A stretch of DNA of 64,000 nt from an uncultured Sphaerochaeta sp. GTDB taxonomy: Bacteria > Spirochaetota > Spirochaetia > Sphaerochaetales > Sphaerochaetaceae. The notes under the pieces were generated by a model. That model was not told the DNA's origin and searched no databases. It saw nothing but the letters and a program-made list of their open reading frames with translations. Position 1 is the stretch's first letter. The number at the start of each line of letters is the position of its first letter. Position numbers and translations under genes: made by a program. This document shows positions 42,211 to 52,274 of the stretch, one piece after another. The stretch is taken from assembly GCF_963676285.2 (NCBI RefSeq), contig NZ_CAXXEN010000002.1, positions 1,896,803 through 1,960,802 on the forward strand, read 5' to 3'.

Positions 42211-42986
42211 TGAAAGAAAGGAAGGTAGCCCTGCTGCAGGCCCTCTGCCAGCAGTATGATGAGTACACCAAGGACCAACTCACTGCATACATCGTCTGCC
42301 GTAATGTGTTGGTGGATGGAGTGTTGTCCACTGATCCCAAACAGTTGGTGTCCTCTCATGCAACCTTTTCTTTTACCTTTGATACCTATGTCTCCCGTGG
42401 TGGTTTCAAGCTCGAGCATGCCCTGAATAAGTTTTCCCTGGATGTAAGCGGATTGGTGATGCTTGATGCGGGCTCATCCACAGGAGGCTTCACGGATTGC
42501 CTGCTCAAACATGGGGCTGCCTTGGTGCATAGTGTGGATGTGGGGTACAACCAGCTCGATTGGAAACTCCGCACCCATGAGCAAGTGCAGGTGCATGAAC
42601 GGCAAAACATCATGACCTTGGAATACTTGGATCCTCCTTGCGATGCTGCTGTGTGCGATCTTTCCTTCCGTTCCATTGCAGGGGCTGCAAGCCATATCCT
42701 CTCACTCTGCAAAAATACCTGGCTGGTCTCTCTGATCAAACCGCAGTTTGAGGTTCCTAAGGGCTTGGAGGATTTCAACGGAGTTGTTGGGGACCCTGAG
42801 GTTCTTTTGGATGTAATGCTTAGAGTGTTTGATTTGCTTGAAGAGGATGGGGTAGGCATACACGAACTTACAAAAAGTCCAATCAAGGGTCATAAAGGCA
42901 ATGTTGAATTCCTTGCACTTCTGAAGCCAGAGGTCGGAATGGATAAGAATTCCTTTTCATCGCGAGTAAAGGCTCTATTGTTCTAA
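42210..42986 (+). CDS. tlyA: TlyA-family rRNA 2'-O-methyltransferase
   Basis: YVSRGGFKLEHAL, LDAGSSTGGFTDCLL, VDVGYNQL, DLSFRS, LIKPQFE, GNVEFL; ATG overlaps upstream TGA. Confidence 0.9.
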   Translation: MKERKVALLQALCQQYDEYTKDQLTAYIVCRNVLVDGVLSTDPKQLVSSHATFSFTFDTYVSRGGFKLEHALNKFSLDVSGLVMLDAGSSTGGFTDCLLKHGAALVHSVDVGYNQLDWKLRTHEQVQVHERQNIMTLEYLDPPCDAAVCDLSFRSIAGAASHILSLCKNTWLVSLIKPQFEVPKGLEDFNGVVGDPEVLLDVMLRVFDLLEEDGVGIHELTKSPIKGHKGNVEFLALLKPEVGMDKNSFSSRVKALLF

Positions 42987-43517
42987 CGGTTCTCCCTCAA
43001 CCAAAATAACCAAATCCTTGACCTGGCTGAATGCTATGGCAGTGGTTTTCATCTGTTCTATTGCTTTCTCAATATCCAAGCTATCCAAGAACTCCTTACT
43101 TACATCAACAAAGAGGATCTTGTTTGACAGCGTTACTCCGATAAGGACGGTTTTCGGGTGAATATAGCTAACCAATCCTGAGCTGAGCACCTCTCTCGTA
43201 GGTCCCTTAAGCAGTGCCTCATAACTGTCATGGTATCGGCTCCCTCCCATTCGTTTGGTTTGGAGGGAGACCAGTTGCTGCTTTCCTCTGGCAGTGATGA
43301 ATGCAACCTGTACTGTCCTGACCTGAGTCGATAGGAGGGGGGTGACCTCTCCTTGTCGGGCATACAGGAGAACACCACTGGAAACGATTGCTTGGCGAAC
43401 CCTTGGATAACCAAGGGCGAAAACACCAAGGGTGAAAAGAATCCATGCTAATAGTATAATTAAGGGAGAGATAGTGCGTCTTGGTTTGGGAGCTTCATCC
43501 ATTTCCATGGGAGTCAT
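42975..43517 (-). CDS. Single-pass membrane protein with GerMN-like domain
   Basis: N-terminal TM helix; ALLKGPT...SYIHPKTVLIGV...VDVSKEF...QMKTT...V.ILVEG pattern of GerMN. Confidence 0.7.
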   Translation of the reverse strand: MTPMEMDEAPKPRRTISPLIILLAWILFTLGVFALGYPRVRQAIVSSGVLLYARQGEVTPLLSTQVRTVQVAFITARGKQQLVSLQTKRMGGSRYHDSYEALLKGPTREVLSSGLVSYIHPKTVLIGVTLSNKILFVDVSKEFLDSLDIEKAIEQMKTTAIAFSQVKDLVILVEGEPLEQ

Positions 43518-43584
43518 TCTACCAGAACTGTTGGAGGGTTTCCAGCTTTACATCTGACCATAAAGTCCGTATAGTACATTACAT

Positions 43585-45318
43585 ATGAGGATATTCAAGG
43601 GTATAGCGGCTTCAGAGGGGCTCGCAAAGGGCAAGGCGTTGGTGCATCGTAACGCCGCAAGTGCTGCAGAAAAACGGCATATCCTTGCTGATGGCGTGAC
43701 AGCAGAGCTTGATAAATTCAAGGGAGCTGTCAATGCGGCGAGAGCACATCTGCAAGAACACAACACCAGCAAGATTTCTAAAGAGTCGAAGGATATCCTT
43801 GAGACCCACTTGATGATGCTTGATGACCCCGAGTATATCGGGCAGATCGAGGCATATATCACGACTAATCTGGTGTGCAGCCAATGGGCCATCGATTCTG
43901 TAACAAATGAGATGGTACGTTTGCTCGAACAATCCACGGATGAGTTGCTGCGTGAACGAGCTCTCGATTTCAAGGATATCTCACTCCATCTGATTGCTGC
44001 AGTCAAGGGAGATGGACAGCGACCATTGGAAGCGCTTGATGAGGACGTGGTTCTGGTTGCTGATTACCTTATGCCCTCTGAGTTGTTCAGCATGGACAAA
44101 ACCCATATTCTTGGAATTAGCCTGGATGGGGGAGGCAGGGCAAGTCATGTGGCAATCCTTGTACGTGCCTTCAATATTCCTACGGTCCTTGCAACTGGTA
44201 CCGCTTCCAGAAATGTGAAGGATGGAGATGAGATTATCCTGGATGGATCGTATGGGGAAGTCTATGTCCGTCCTGACTTGAATGTCGCACAGATGCTTGA
44301 TGAGCGTTTTGCCCTCTGGCAGGAACATGAAGGTGAACTGAAGAAGATGGTTGACCTTCCCACTGAGATGACCGATGGGCATAATATACTGCTGAAGGCA
44401 AACATCCAGACCAGTATTGAGGTCGATGCTGTCAAGGAGAGTGGTGCTAGTGGGGTTGGATTGTTCCGCTCAGAATTCCTTTTCATGGAGTCCTTGGAAC
44501 TTCCTTCTGAACAACGGCAGTTCGAGGCATACAGGCATGTCCTGGAAGCCGTTTCTCCTAAACCGGTTACCATCCGTACCATCGACATCGGTGGTGATAA
44601 GATTGTGAAAGGTCTCGGAATTGATGAGAAAAATCCTGTACTTGGTTGGAGGGCTGTACGTTTCTGTCTCTCCCGAAAGGATATTTTTACCGTACAGCTG
44701 AGAGCATTGCTCCGCGCCAGCGTATATGGTAAGTTGCAGATCATGTTTCCAATGATCAGCGGGGTCGAGGAGCTGAATGCGGTCTTGCATCTCCTTGAAC
44801 ATGTCAAGGAGGATTGCCGGAATGAGCAGATCCCCTTCGATCCTGATATTAAAATTGGAACCATGATTGAGGTACCGTCTGCAGCCTTATGTGCAGACAT
44901 CTTGGCAAAGAAGGTTGACTTCTTCTCAATCGGAACCAATGACCTGATCCAGTATACCATTGCTGTCGATCGGGGTAATGAGAAGATAGCCTACCTGTAT
45001 CAGCCATTTCACCCCGGGGTGCTGCGATCGATCCACATGATCGTAGAGAAAGCCCACCAGAACAACATACCGGTAAGCCTCTGCGGGGAGATGGCTTCCG
45101 ATCCTCTCTGTTCCGTGCTGTTGGCCGGTATGGGGTTGGATGAATTGAGCATGGGGTCCCAAAGCCTCCTGCAGGTGCGAAAAATCTTGCGCTCGGTCTC
45201 TTCTGAAGATGCGAGGGCACTGGCACAGCAGGTCTTGGAAATGGACTCATATCTCACGATAAATACGTTTATAAGGGAGTGGATGCATGACCGATTCGAT
45301 CATTTCACCACCATCTGA
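43585..45318 (+). CDS. ptsI: PTS enzyme I (PEP-protein phosphotransferase)
   Basis: GGRASHVAIL phospho-His motif, GLFRSEFLF, TIRTIDIGGDK, LGWRAVR, SIGTNDLIQY, CGEMA. Confidence 0.96.
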   Translation: MRIFKGIAASEGLAKGKALVHRNAASAAEKRHILADGVTAELDKFKGAVNAARAHLQEHNTSKISKESKDILETHLMMLDDPEYIGQIEAYITTNLVCSQWAIDSVTNEMVRLLEQSTDELLRERALDFKDISLHLIAAVKGDGQRPLEALDEDVVLVADYLMPSELFSMDKTHILGISLDGGGRASHVAILVRAFNIPTVLATGTASRNVKDGDEIILDGSYGEVYVRPDLNVAQMLDERFALWQEHEGELKKMVDLPTEMTDGHNILLKANIQTSIEVDAVKESGASGVGLFRSEFLFMESLELPSEQRQFEAYRHVLEAVSPKPVTIRTIDIGGDKIVKGLGIDEKNPVLGWRAVRFCLSRKDIFTVQLRALLRASVYGKLQIMFPMISGVEELNAVLHLLEHVKEDCRNEQIPFDPDIKIGTMIEVPSAALCADILAKKVDFFSIGTNDLIQYTIAVDRGNEKIAYLYQPFHPGVLRSIHMIVEKAHQNNIPVSLCGEMASDPLCSVLLAGMGLDELSMGSQSLLQVRKILRSVSSEDARALAQQVLEMDSYLTINTFIREWMHDRFDHFTTI

Positions 45319-46843
45319 CACACAAGATTCACCGGCAAAGATTCCGGTTATCTCTATCGTAGGCCGCCCCAATGTGGGTAAGTCCACTTTGTTCAATCGC
45401 TTGATCGGCAAAAGACGGGCAATTACCGATCCGACCCCAGGGGTTACCCGTGACTTGATTCCTGAGCGCTGGTACCTTGGGAACCATCCTGTAACACTTG
45501 TTGATAGTGGTGGGGTAAAGGTAGAGCGAGAAGGGTTCGATGACCTGGTAGCAAATAAGAGTTTAGGCCTTCTCTCGCAAAGTGATGCCATCATTTTTAT
45601 GATGGAGTGTACTGCTGTTACGGCTGAGGACGAAGAATTGCTGAAAGCATTGCGCCCATACAGCGAGAAGGTCCTGCTTGTGGTAAACAAGGTTGATGAC
45701 CCCAAGCGTGATGACCTAGTCTGGGAGTACTACCAGTATGGATTTCAACGTGTGGTGGGTATTTCAGCCGCCCACGGTCTGGGCATTGAAGATCTGGAAG
45801 ATACCCTGCTTGGAATGCTGGAAATGGTAAGCCTTGATGAGGCTCCTGAAGAAACCGAGCGCGTTAAGCTGGCCATAATGGGCAAGCCAAATACAGGCAA
45901 GTCCACCCTCACCAACCTCTTGGTCGGTTCGGATGTTTCAATTGTCAGTGATATTGCAGGCACTACCCGTGATGTTGTCATGGGAACTTTCTCATACAAG
46001 GGTAGTGACTTTACCGTACTTGATACTGCAGGTATCAGGCGTAAGAGCAAGGTTGAGGAGGATGTGGAATACTACTCCGTCAATCGTGCCATCAAGACCA
46101 TCGATGAGGCTGATGTAGTGTTGTTGATGGTGGATGCTATCGAAGGACTCTCAGACCAGGATAAAAAGATTGCCAACCTTATTGTACGTAGGGGCAAGGG
46201 AATTATCTTGGTATTGAATAAGATTGACTTGCTCACTGGAATAGGGAACGAGCTGCAGGCTATCAAGGACAGGATCAGGTTCTTGTTCCCCATCCTTGGC
46301 TTTGCGCCCATCACGTCAATCAGCGCTCTCAAAGGGCAGGAAATTGGCAAGCTGCTCGATACAGTATGGGGGGTATGGAAGCAGCTCAATAAGCGTGTTG
46401 ACACTTCTCAGCTGAACGAAGCGATCAAGGAGTGGGGAGAGGCCTATCAGCCTCCACGAGGAAGCATGGGGCATTACAAGGTCTATTATGGTACCCAGTT
46501 CAGTGCCAACCCAGTGAAGTTCCTTATGTTCGTCAACCGAATCAAGGACTTCCCGCAGATTTATGTCCAGTACTTGAAGAACTGTATTCGCCGAGATCTG
46601 GGATTCACCCAGATTCCCATTGAGGTAGATCTCCGTGAGCGTAAGAGAAATCCTTCCTTGCATGAGAGAGGACCCAAAAAGCCAGTAGTGGATGGCCCAA
46701 AGACAGAGGTGAAGCGTAATGTTGGAGGAAGAGCATTTGCAAAGCCAAAAGGGACCAAGCCAGGCAACGTGGCTTCAGTTGACAAGTCACGCAAGCGAAT
46801 GGAAAAACAGGCAAAGCGTACTACCGGCAAGAAACGAGGTTGA
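45287..46843 (+). CDS. der: Ribosome biogenesis GTPase Der/EngA with basic C-terminal extension
   Basis: Tandem GTPase domains GRPNVGKSTLFNRL and GKPNTGKST, DTAGIRRK, NKID, KH-like C-domain. Confidence 0.95.
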   Translation: MTDSIISPPSDTQDSPAKIPVISIVGRPNVGKSTLFNRLIGKRRAITDPTPGVTRDLIPERWYLGNHPVTLVDSGGVKVEREGFDDLVANKSLGLLSQSDAIIFMMECTAVTAEDEELLKALRPYSEKVLLVVNKVDDPKRDDLVWEYYQYGFQRVVGISAAHGLGIEDLEDTLLGMLEMVSLDEAPEETERVKLAIMGKPNTGKSTLTNLLVGSDVSIVSDIAGTTRDVVMGTFSYKGSDFTVLDTAGIRRKSKVEEDVEYYSVNRAIKTIDEADVVLLMVDAIEGLSDQDKKIANLIVRRGKGIILVLNKIDLLTGIGNELQAIKDRIRFLFPILGFAPITSISALKGQEIGKLLDTVWGVWKQLNKRVDTSQLNEAIKEWGEAYQPPRGSMGHYKVYYGTQFSANPVKFLMFVNRIKDFPQIYVQYLKNCIRRDLGFTQIPIEVDLRERKRNPSLHERGPKKPVVDGPKTEVKRNVGGRAFAKPKGTKPGNVASVDKSRKRMEKQAKRTTGKKRG

Positions 46844-46845
46844 GG

Positions 46846-47544
46846 ATGGGGTATCTGCAAGAGAAAGGTATCAGGGTTCTCGCGCTCGATATTGATGGCA
46901 CGCTCTATCCAAAGAGGATGCTCAATGTAAGAATGGTTCGTTCCCTGTTTCCTTCCCTTACTCTTGCCAAGGCTTTCAACTGGGCAAGAAAGGAGTACCG
47001 TAGGGTGCAGGACCTGCACCCTACCTCTCCTGAAAATCGAGAAGGTCTCATACATCGACAGGCTCAGCTGGTTGCTTCCCGCTTGAGAGGGAAGCGGACA
47101 ACTGATCAGGTTAAGGCCGCTGTTGAGAAGCAGTTCTATCAGGCTTGGGAGCATTCTTTTTTGAGTATCAAGGCGTATCCGACGATGGTTGAGACACTTG
47201 AAAAAGTACATAAGCAAGGTGTGAAGATTGCGGTTTTCAGTGATTTTCCCTTGGCTGGTAAGTTGCAGACCCTTGGTATTGCTGATTTGGTAGACTATGC
47301 CTACAGTACTGAGGAAAGCGGCTATTTGAAACCAAGTGCAAAAGCCTTTTCCTTCTTGCTTGATCACTTGCAGGTGAATCCCAGCCAAGTGCTCTATATG
47401 GGCGACAGTTACACCAAGGATTGCCGTGGTGCAAGACAGGCAGGGATGCATTCCTGCCTAATAACCAAGGATACCCACAGAAGTTTTCCCGAAGCTGACT
47501 TGGTGGTAAGCTCTTGGAAGGAGTTTGCTTCTCTGGTACTCTAA
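46846..47544 (+). CDS. HAD-family hydrolase
   Basis: Motif I LDIDGTLY, KP, motif IV MGDSYTKD..GA..AGM. Confidence 0.88.
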   Translation: MGYLQEKGIRVLALDIDGTLYPKRMLNVRMVRSLFPSLTLAKAFNWARKEYRRVQDLHPTSPENREGLIHRQAQLVASRLRGKRTTDQVKAAVEKQFYQAWEHSFLSIKAYPTMVETLEKVHKQGVKIAVFSDFPLAGKLQTLGIADLVDYAYSTEESGYLKPSAKAFSFLLDHLQVNPSQVLYMGDSYTKDCRGARQAGMHSCLITKDTHRSFPEADLVVSSWKEFASLVL

Positions 47545-47568
47545 GGATGTTCTGGTAGGAGGTTTTCG

Positions 47569-49353
47569 ATGGGACTCGAGCTTTTGCTTCCGGTAATCCT
47601 GTTTATCATCACGCTCATTATCATCTACATGCTTCGTGTAGAAGATAAGCGTGACCGCCGTCTGGATCTCATGAAACAGAAAGTTGGGCAGTTCTCCCGG
47701 GAATTGGAAGCCTCCCGTAATCAGTTTAAAGATACCTCTCAGCAAGTGGAGGAGCGAATCAATCACCGAATTGATGCTGCCAACCAGATGCTTCTCAGGA
47801 TAGAGACCCAGATGACGGACCTTGAGGCGAGGAGTGATGATCTTACCAAACTACAGGGTGTGCTTAATACCTACAGGGATTCTCTCACCAAGCTAGGAAC
47901 CACCACAGCACAAGTAGAAGCCCGTATCGAACATACAAAACAAGAAATTCAGCGTATTGAAGCAGTAGATGCAACGATCAACCATTTTGATGAACGAATA
48001 GAGGCTTTCAAGCAGATGCTTCAGGAGGCAGTTGAAGAAGGCAGCAACTCAATCAGCCAACAACAACTAAAGGTAAAACAGCTTCTTGATTCATCCTATG
48101 CAAAGCTACAGGAGTATGAAGCTGAGGTCCAGGAAGTGGAGCGGCAGAACCAGAGCCGTGTGGCGAGCCATGCAGAGACACTGAAAAGCAATGAGGCAGA
48201 CTCACTTTCAATCCTGACTTCTCAATTGGCAAAAATCAGACAAATCGGTGACGATGCAGAGCAGGTAATTGCCAACAGTAGACGCGAATTGGAAGCGGTG
48301 AGGGAACAGGCTTTCCAGGATGTGAACGAACAGAAGATCCAATACGAGTCTATCAAGACAGAAAGCCAGAAATACTTCAAGACAGAGAAAGAGAACCTCC
48401 TTTTCTTAATTGAGGAGGTGAAGGGGCGTATCTCTGAGACACTATCTCAATTTAGTCAGCAATGTGACCATGATATGGAAGTTGTGTTCACACATACCAT
48501 AACCAAGACAGACCAAGCGTTCCAGACCATGATTCATACAGTTTCCTCGTATCTGGAAGAGTTGCAACAGCGAATGGAACAAGCTCAGATGATGAGCCAA
48601 AAACTGGAACAGCAGGAGCACGACAGTTTGCATGTATTCAGTGATGAAATCCAGCAACTTTGTGAACAACATGACCGAGCAACTGAGAATTTGCGCAAGA
48701 ATGGGCGTAAGCAAGAGGAGCTCCAGCAGATTATTCTTCATCTCAGGGAAGAGGCTACCGCACTGCAGGAAACGTTGAGTGAAATGAAGAAGAATCATGA
48801 AGCATTGGCCACTGAACATGCACAAGAGCGCAAAGCTAAAGAGCTTTTGGCAGCTTCTTTTGCAGCGCTAACCCTACAGCTTACTGAGAAACAAGAAGCT
48901 TTACACAATGTTGAACAAACTTTGCAAACCAAACAGGAAGAACTTGCATCTTTGGAGCAGGAACAAAGAGTTCCAGATGAAGAAACTGAAGTAGAGGATG
49001 AATCTGAAGTAGAGGATGAATCTGAAGTAGAGGATGAATCTGAAGTAGAGGATGAATCTGAAGTAGAGGATGAATCTGAAGTAGAGGATGAATCTGAAGT
49101 AGAGGATGAATCTGAAGTAGAGGATGAATCTGAAGTAGAGGATGAATCTGAAGTAGAGGATGAATCTGAAGTAGAGGATGAATCTGAAGTAGAGGATGAA
49201 TCTGAAGTAGAGGATGAATCTGAAGTAGAGGATGAATCTGAAGTAGAGGATGAATCTGAAGTAGAGGATAACCATTCGCCTTGGGTTGAATATGTTCCTG
49301 AGGGAGATGAGGAAGAAATCTCTTTGGATGACGAAGACGATAAAACTACTTGA
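47569..49353 (+). CDS. Membrane-anchored long coiled-coil protein with acidic (EVEDES)n tail; resembles spirochaete coiled-coil proteins
   Basis: N-terminal TM helix followed by R..D.RDRRL motif, ~440 aa E/Q/K/L-rich heptads, acidic repeat tail; family assignment is inference. Confidence 0.75.
   Translation: MGLELLLPVILFIITLIIIYMLRVEDKRDRRLDLMKQKVGQFSRELEASRNQFKDTSQQVEERINHRIDAANQMLLRIETQMTDLEARSDDLTKLQGVLNTYRDSLTKLGTTTAQVEARIEHTKQEIQRIEAVDATINHFDERIEAFKQMLQEAVEEGSNSISQQQLKVKQLLDSSYAKLQEYEAEVQEVERQNQSRVASHAETLKSNEADSLSILTSQLAKIRQIGDDAEQVIANSRRELEAVREQAFQDVNEQKIQYESIKTESQKYFKTEKENLLFLIEEVKGRISETLSQFSQQCDHDMEVVFTHTITKTDQAFQTMIHTVSSYLEELQQRMEQAQMMSQKLEQQEHDSLHVFSDEIQQLCEQHDRATENLRKNGRKQEELQQIILHLREEATALQETLSEMKKNHEALATEHAQERKAKELLAASFAALTLQLTEKQEALHNVEQTLQTKQEELASLEQEQRVPDEETEVEDESEVEDESEVEDESEVEDESEVEDESEVEDESEVEDESEVEDESEVEDESEVEDESEVEDESEVEDESEVEDESEVEDESEVEDESEVEDNHSPWVEYVPEGDEEEISLDDEDDKTT
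48986..49269 (+). repeat. Perfect 18-bp tandem repeat, 15 full copies plus 14 bp
   Basis: Unit CTGAAGTAGAGGATGAAT at 48986+18n to 49255, partial copy to 49269; no spacers. Confidence 0.97.
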
Positions 49354-49379
49354 CGCTTGCACATCGGTGTGAGTATGTT
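49350..49379 (+). promoter_or_regulatory. Putative sigma70 promoter of grpE-dnaK-dnaJ
   Basis: TTGACG, 18 bp, TATGTT. Confidence 0.5.
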
Positions 49380-49523
49380 ATCGGCAAGCCCAGGGGTGGG
49401 CTACTCTTTACGCTATACACTATTAAAAGCTACGGCCTAGCATATGCAAGTAATTGCTGGTTGGGCTTGTGAATAGACATGTGCCCGCATCTTTCGCTGG
49501 CATATGGGAAATCGAGGAATAGA

Positions 49524-50153
49524 ATGGAAAAGAAACAGAAAGAAAGCAAGTCCAAAAGTGCACAGCCTGCTGTTGATTCAGAAGTGAAAGAGGAACTTCA
49601 CACACAAGAGAGTGAAAATCAGCCTGCACAAGAACAAGAAGTGCAGGAAATGCCTGAAGTGGAACAGAAGGAGTTGGAAATTGTGCGATTGAAGGAACAG
49701 CTTGCTACTGCACAGGAAGAAACCGCCTCTTTGAAGGAACAAATGCTTCGTGACCGTGCTGATCTTGAGAATTATAGGAAACGTCTTCTCCGAGACAAGG
49801 AAGAGACTGTGAAGTTTGCGAATGAAAACCTGATCAAGGATCTTCTTCAACCGTTGGATGACCTTGGCCGAGCCCTTCAGGCAGCGGAGGCTACAAAGGA
49901 CTATGAAAAAGTGCATGATGGTGTGGTCATGGTTAATAGTCAGCTCTATTCCACCCTGGAGAAAAATTGGGGCTTGCAGAGAATTGAATCTGTAGGGAAA
50001 GAGTTCGACCCACTTGAGCATGAAGCCTATCAAATGGTTGTTGATGATTCCCTGGAACACGAAGTAGTACTGGAAGAGTACGTCGTCGGATATAAATTAC
50101 ATGGCCGGGTACTCAGGCCTGCGAAGGTAAAAGTTGGCAAGCCAAACGTTTGA
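49524..50153 (+). CDS. grpE: Nucleotide exchange factor GrpE
   Basis: RDRADLENYRKR, LLQPLDDLGRAL, FDPLEHEA, GYKLHGRVLRPAKVKV; ATG 49524 after GAGG. Confidence 0.95.
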   Translation: MEKKQKESKSKSAQPAVDSEVKEELHTQESENQPAQEQEVQEMPEVEQKELEIVRLKEQLATAQEETASLKEQMLRDRADLENYRKRLLRDKEETVKFANENLIKDLLQPLDDLGRALQAAEATKDYEKVHDGVVMVNSQLYSTLEKNWGLQRIESVGKEFDPLEHEAYQMVVDDSLEHEVVLEEYVVGYKLHGRVLRPAKVKVGKPNV

Positions 50154-50242
50154 CGATTGGATGCGGTATGAGTACCTTTGGTGCACGGGTAAGAAACCCG
50201 TATTGAATATTTGATAGTTAATTTGGAGAGGAGAAATATAAC

Positions 50243-52174
50243 ATGGGAAGAATTATTGGAATTGACTTGGGGACTACCAATAGCTGCGTAGCAGTAATGG
50301 AAGGAAATGATCCCGTGGTCATCGCTAACAGCGAAGGTCAGCGGACAACCCCTAGTGTTGTTGGATTTACCGCCAAGGGAGACCGCCTGGTTGGGCAGCC
50401 TGCCAAGAACCAGATTGTTACCAATGCTGAGAATACCGTGTATTCCATCAAGCGCTTCATGGGTAGAAAGTACCGTGAAGTTCCTTCTGAACTCCAGAAG
50501 GTCTCCTATAAGGTAACCGCTGGAAGTAGCGATGAAATAAAAGTTGAAATCCGTGGAGAGTCTTTCTCTCCCCAGGAAATTTCTGCAGCAGTATTGCAGA
50601 AAATGAAGAAGACAGCTGAGGACTATCTTGGTGAAACGGTTACTGAAGCCGTTATCACCGTCCCTGCATACTTCAACGATGCCCAGAGACAGGCTACCAA
50701 AGATGCCGGTAAGATTGCTGGGCTTGATGTGAAGCGCATCGTAAATGAGCCCACTGCAGCTGCTTTGGCTTATGGCTTGGGCAAGGATGCTAATCGTGAG
50801 GAAAAAATTGCTGTCTACGACCTCGGTGGCGGTACCTTTGATATCTCCATTCTTGAGCTTGGAGATGGTGTATTTGAAGTAAAATCCACAAATGGTGATA
50901 CCCACCTTGGTGGTGATGACTTTGATCAGCGAATCATTGACTGGATTGTCGGAGAGTTCAAGAAATCCAATGGGATTGACCTGGCATCTGACAAGATGGC
51001 ATTGCAGAGACTGAGAGAGTCAGCAGAGAAAGCAAAGATTGAGCTTTCCAACTCAACCAGCACTGATATCAATTTGCCGTTCATCACCGCTGATAGCAGT
51101 GGTCCAAAACACTTGCAGATGACATTGACCCGTGCAAAGTTTGAGCAGCTGGTTGCCGATTTGGTTGAACGTTCAAAAGTGCCCGTACAGAATGCACTTC
51201 GGGATGCAGGCTTGACCGCTGCTGATATCGATGAGGTCATCCTGGTCGGTGGATCTACAAGAATTCCTGCAGTACAGGCTATGGTTCGTGAGCTGTTCAA
51301 GAAGGAGCCCCATAAGGGTGTAAACCCAGATGAAGTAGTTGCCATGGGCGCTGCCATTCAGGGTGGTATTCTCGGTGGTTCTGTTAAGGATGTGCTTTTG
51401 TTGGATGTTACCCCGCTCTCCTTGGGTATTGAAACCCTTGGTGGTGTTTGCACCCGCCTAATCGAGCGGAATACGACCATCCCAACCCGGAAGAGCCAGA
51501 TCTTCAGTACTGCTGCTGATGGACAGACTGCTGTAAGCATTCATGTTCTCCAGGGTGAGCGCGAGATGGCCAGCCAGAACAGGACGCTCGGAAAGTTTGA
51601 CTTGGTTGGTATTCCTGCAGCCCCTCGTGGTGTGCCGCAGATTGAGGTTACCTTCGACATCGATGCCAACGGTATTGTCCATGTATCTGCAAAGGATCTG
51701 GGTACCGGTAAGGAACAGAAGATTCGTATCGAGTCTTCCAGTGGCCTGAGCGAAGATGAAATCGACAAGATGGTCAAGGAAGCTGAAGCCCACGCTGAAG
51801 AGGACAAGAGAGAACGTGCTCGTATCGATGCCCGTAATGAAGCAGACAGCCTGATCTACTCCACCGAGAAGTCCCTCAAGGATTATGGTGATAAGATCAG
51901 TAGTGAGGATAAGGCTACCATCGAAAGTGCTGTTGCAGACCTCAAGGGTGTCATGGATAACCAGAGTGCAACCGCAGAAGAGATTAAGGCCAAAGTTGAA
52001 GCCTTGCAGCAAGCTTCTTACAAGCTGGCTGAAGAAGTCTATAAGCAGAGTGCAGCCTCTGGCGCTGAGGGCGCTGAAGGCCAAGCACAGGATTCTGCCT
52101 CCCAGGAATCAACCGGGGAGAATAAAAAGCCCAAGGACGGCGTTGAAGATGCCGACTTTGAGGTCGTAGACTAA
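50243..52174 (+). CDS. dnaK: Molecular chaperone DnaK
   Basis: [43 protein letters not shown]. Confidence 0.98.
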   Translation: MGRIIGIDLGTTNSCVAVMEGNDPVVIANSEGQRTTPSVVGFTAKGDRLVGQPAKNQIVTNAENTVYSIKRFMGRKYREVPSELQKVSYKVTAGSSDEIKVEIRGESFSPQEISAAVLQKMKKTAEDYLGETVTEAVITVPAYFNDAQRQATKDAGKIAGLDVKRIVNEPTAAALAYGLGKDANREEKIAVYDLGGGTFDISILELGDGVFEVKSTNGDTHLGGDDFDQRIIDWIVGEFKKSNGIDLASDKMALQRLRESAEKAKIELSNSTSTDINLPFITADSSGPKHLQMTLTRAKFEQLVADLVERSKVPVQNALRDAGLTAADIDEVILVGGSTRIPAVQAMVRELFKKEPHKGVNPDEVVAMGAAIQGGILGGSVKDVLLLDVTPLSLGIETLGGVCTRLIERNTTIPTRKSQIFSTAADGQTAVSIHVLQGEREMASQNRTLGKFDLVGIPAAPRGVPQIEVTFDIDANGIVHVSAKDLGTGKEQKIRIESSSGLSEDEIDKMVKEAEAHAEEDKRERARIDARNEADSLIYSTEKSLKDYGDKISSEDKATIESAVADLKGVMDNQSATAEEIKAKVEALQQASYKLAEEVYKQSAASGAEGAEGQAQDSASQESTGENKKPKDGVEDADFEVVD

Positions 52175-52211
52175 GGAGTCGATTACAAGGTACTATATTT
52201 AAACGGCTTAC

Positions 52212-52243
52212 CATCATGTCGGCTTCGGCCGACATGATGTTTC
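52212..52243 (+). terminator. Perfect hairpin between dnaK and dnaJ (partial terminator or mRNA stabiliser)
   Basis: CATCATGTCGGC-TTCG-GCCGACATGATG, 12 bp with C(UUCG)G loop, short TTTC tail. Confidence 0.7.
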
Positions 52244-52274
52244 TAAAGCCAATCTGTTCTAAGGAAGTCGCACC

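Noticed and set aside
48986-49269. Repeat array as a possible CRISPR
   Set aside because: Units are directly adjacent with no spacers, in frame inside a CDS, and no cas genes are present
48795-49364. Minus-strand ORFs with (SSTSDS)n and (FILYFR)n repeats
   Set aside because: Shadows of the stop-free 18-bp unit; the plus-strand gene has the SD, operon context and sensible architecture
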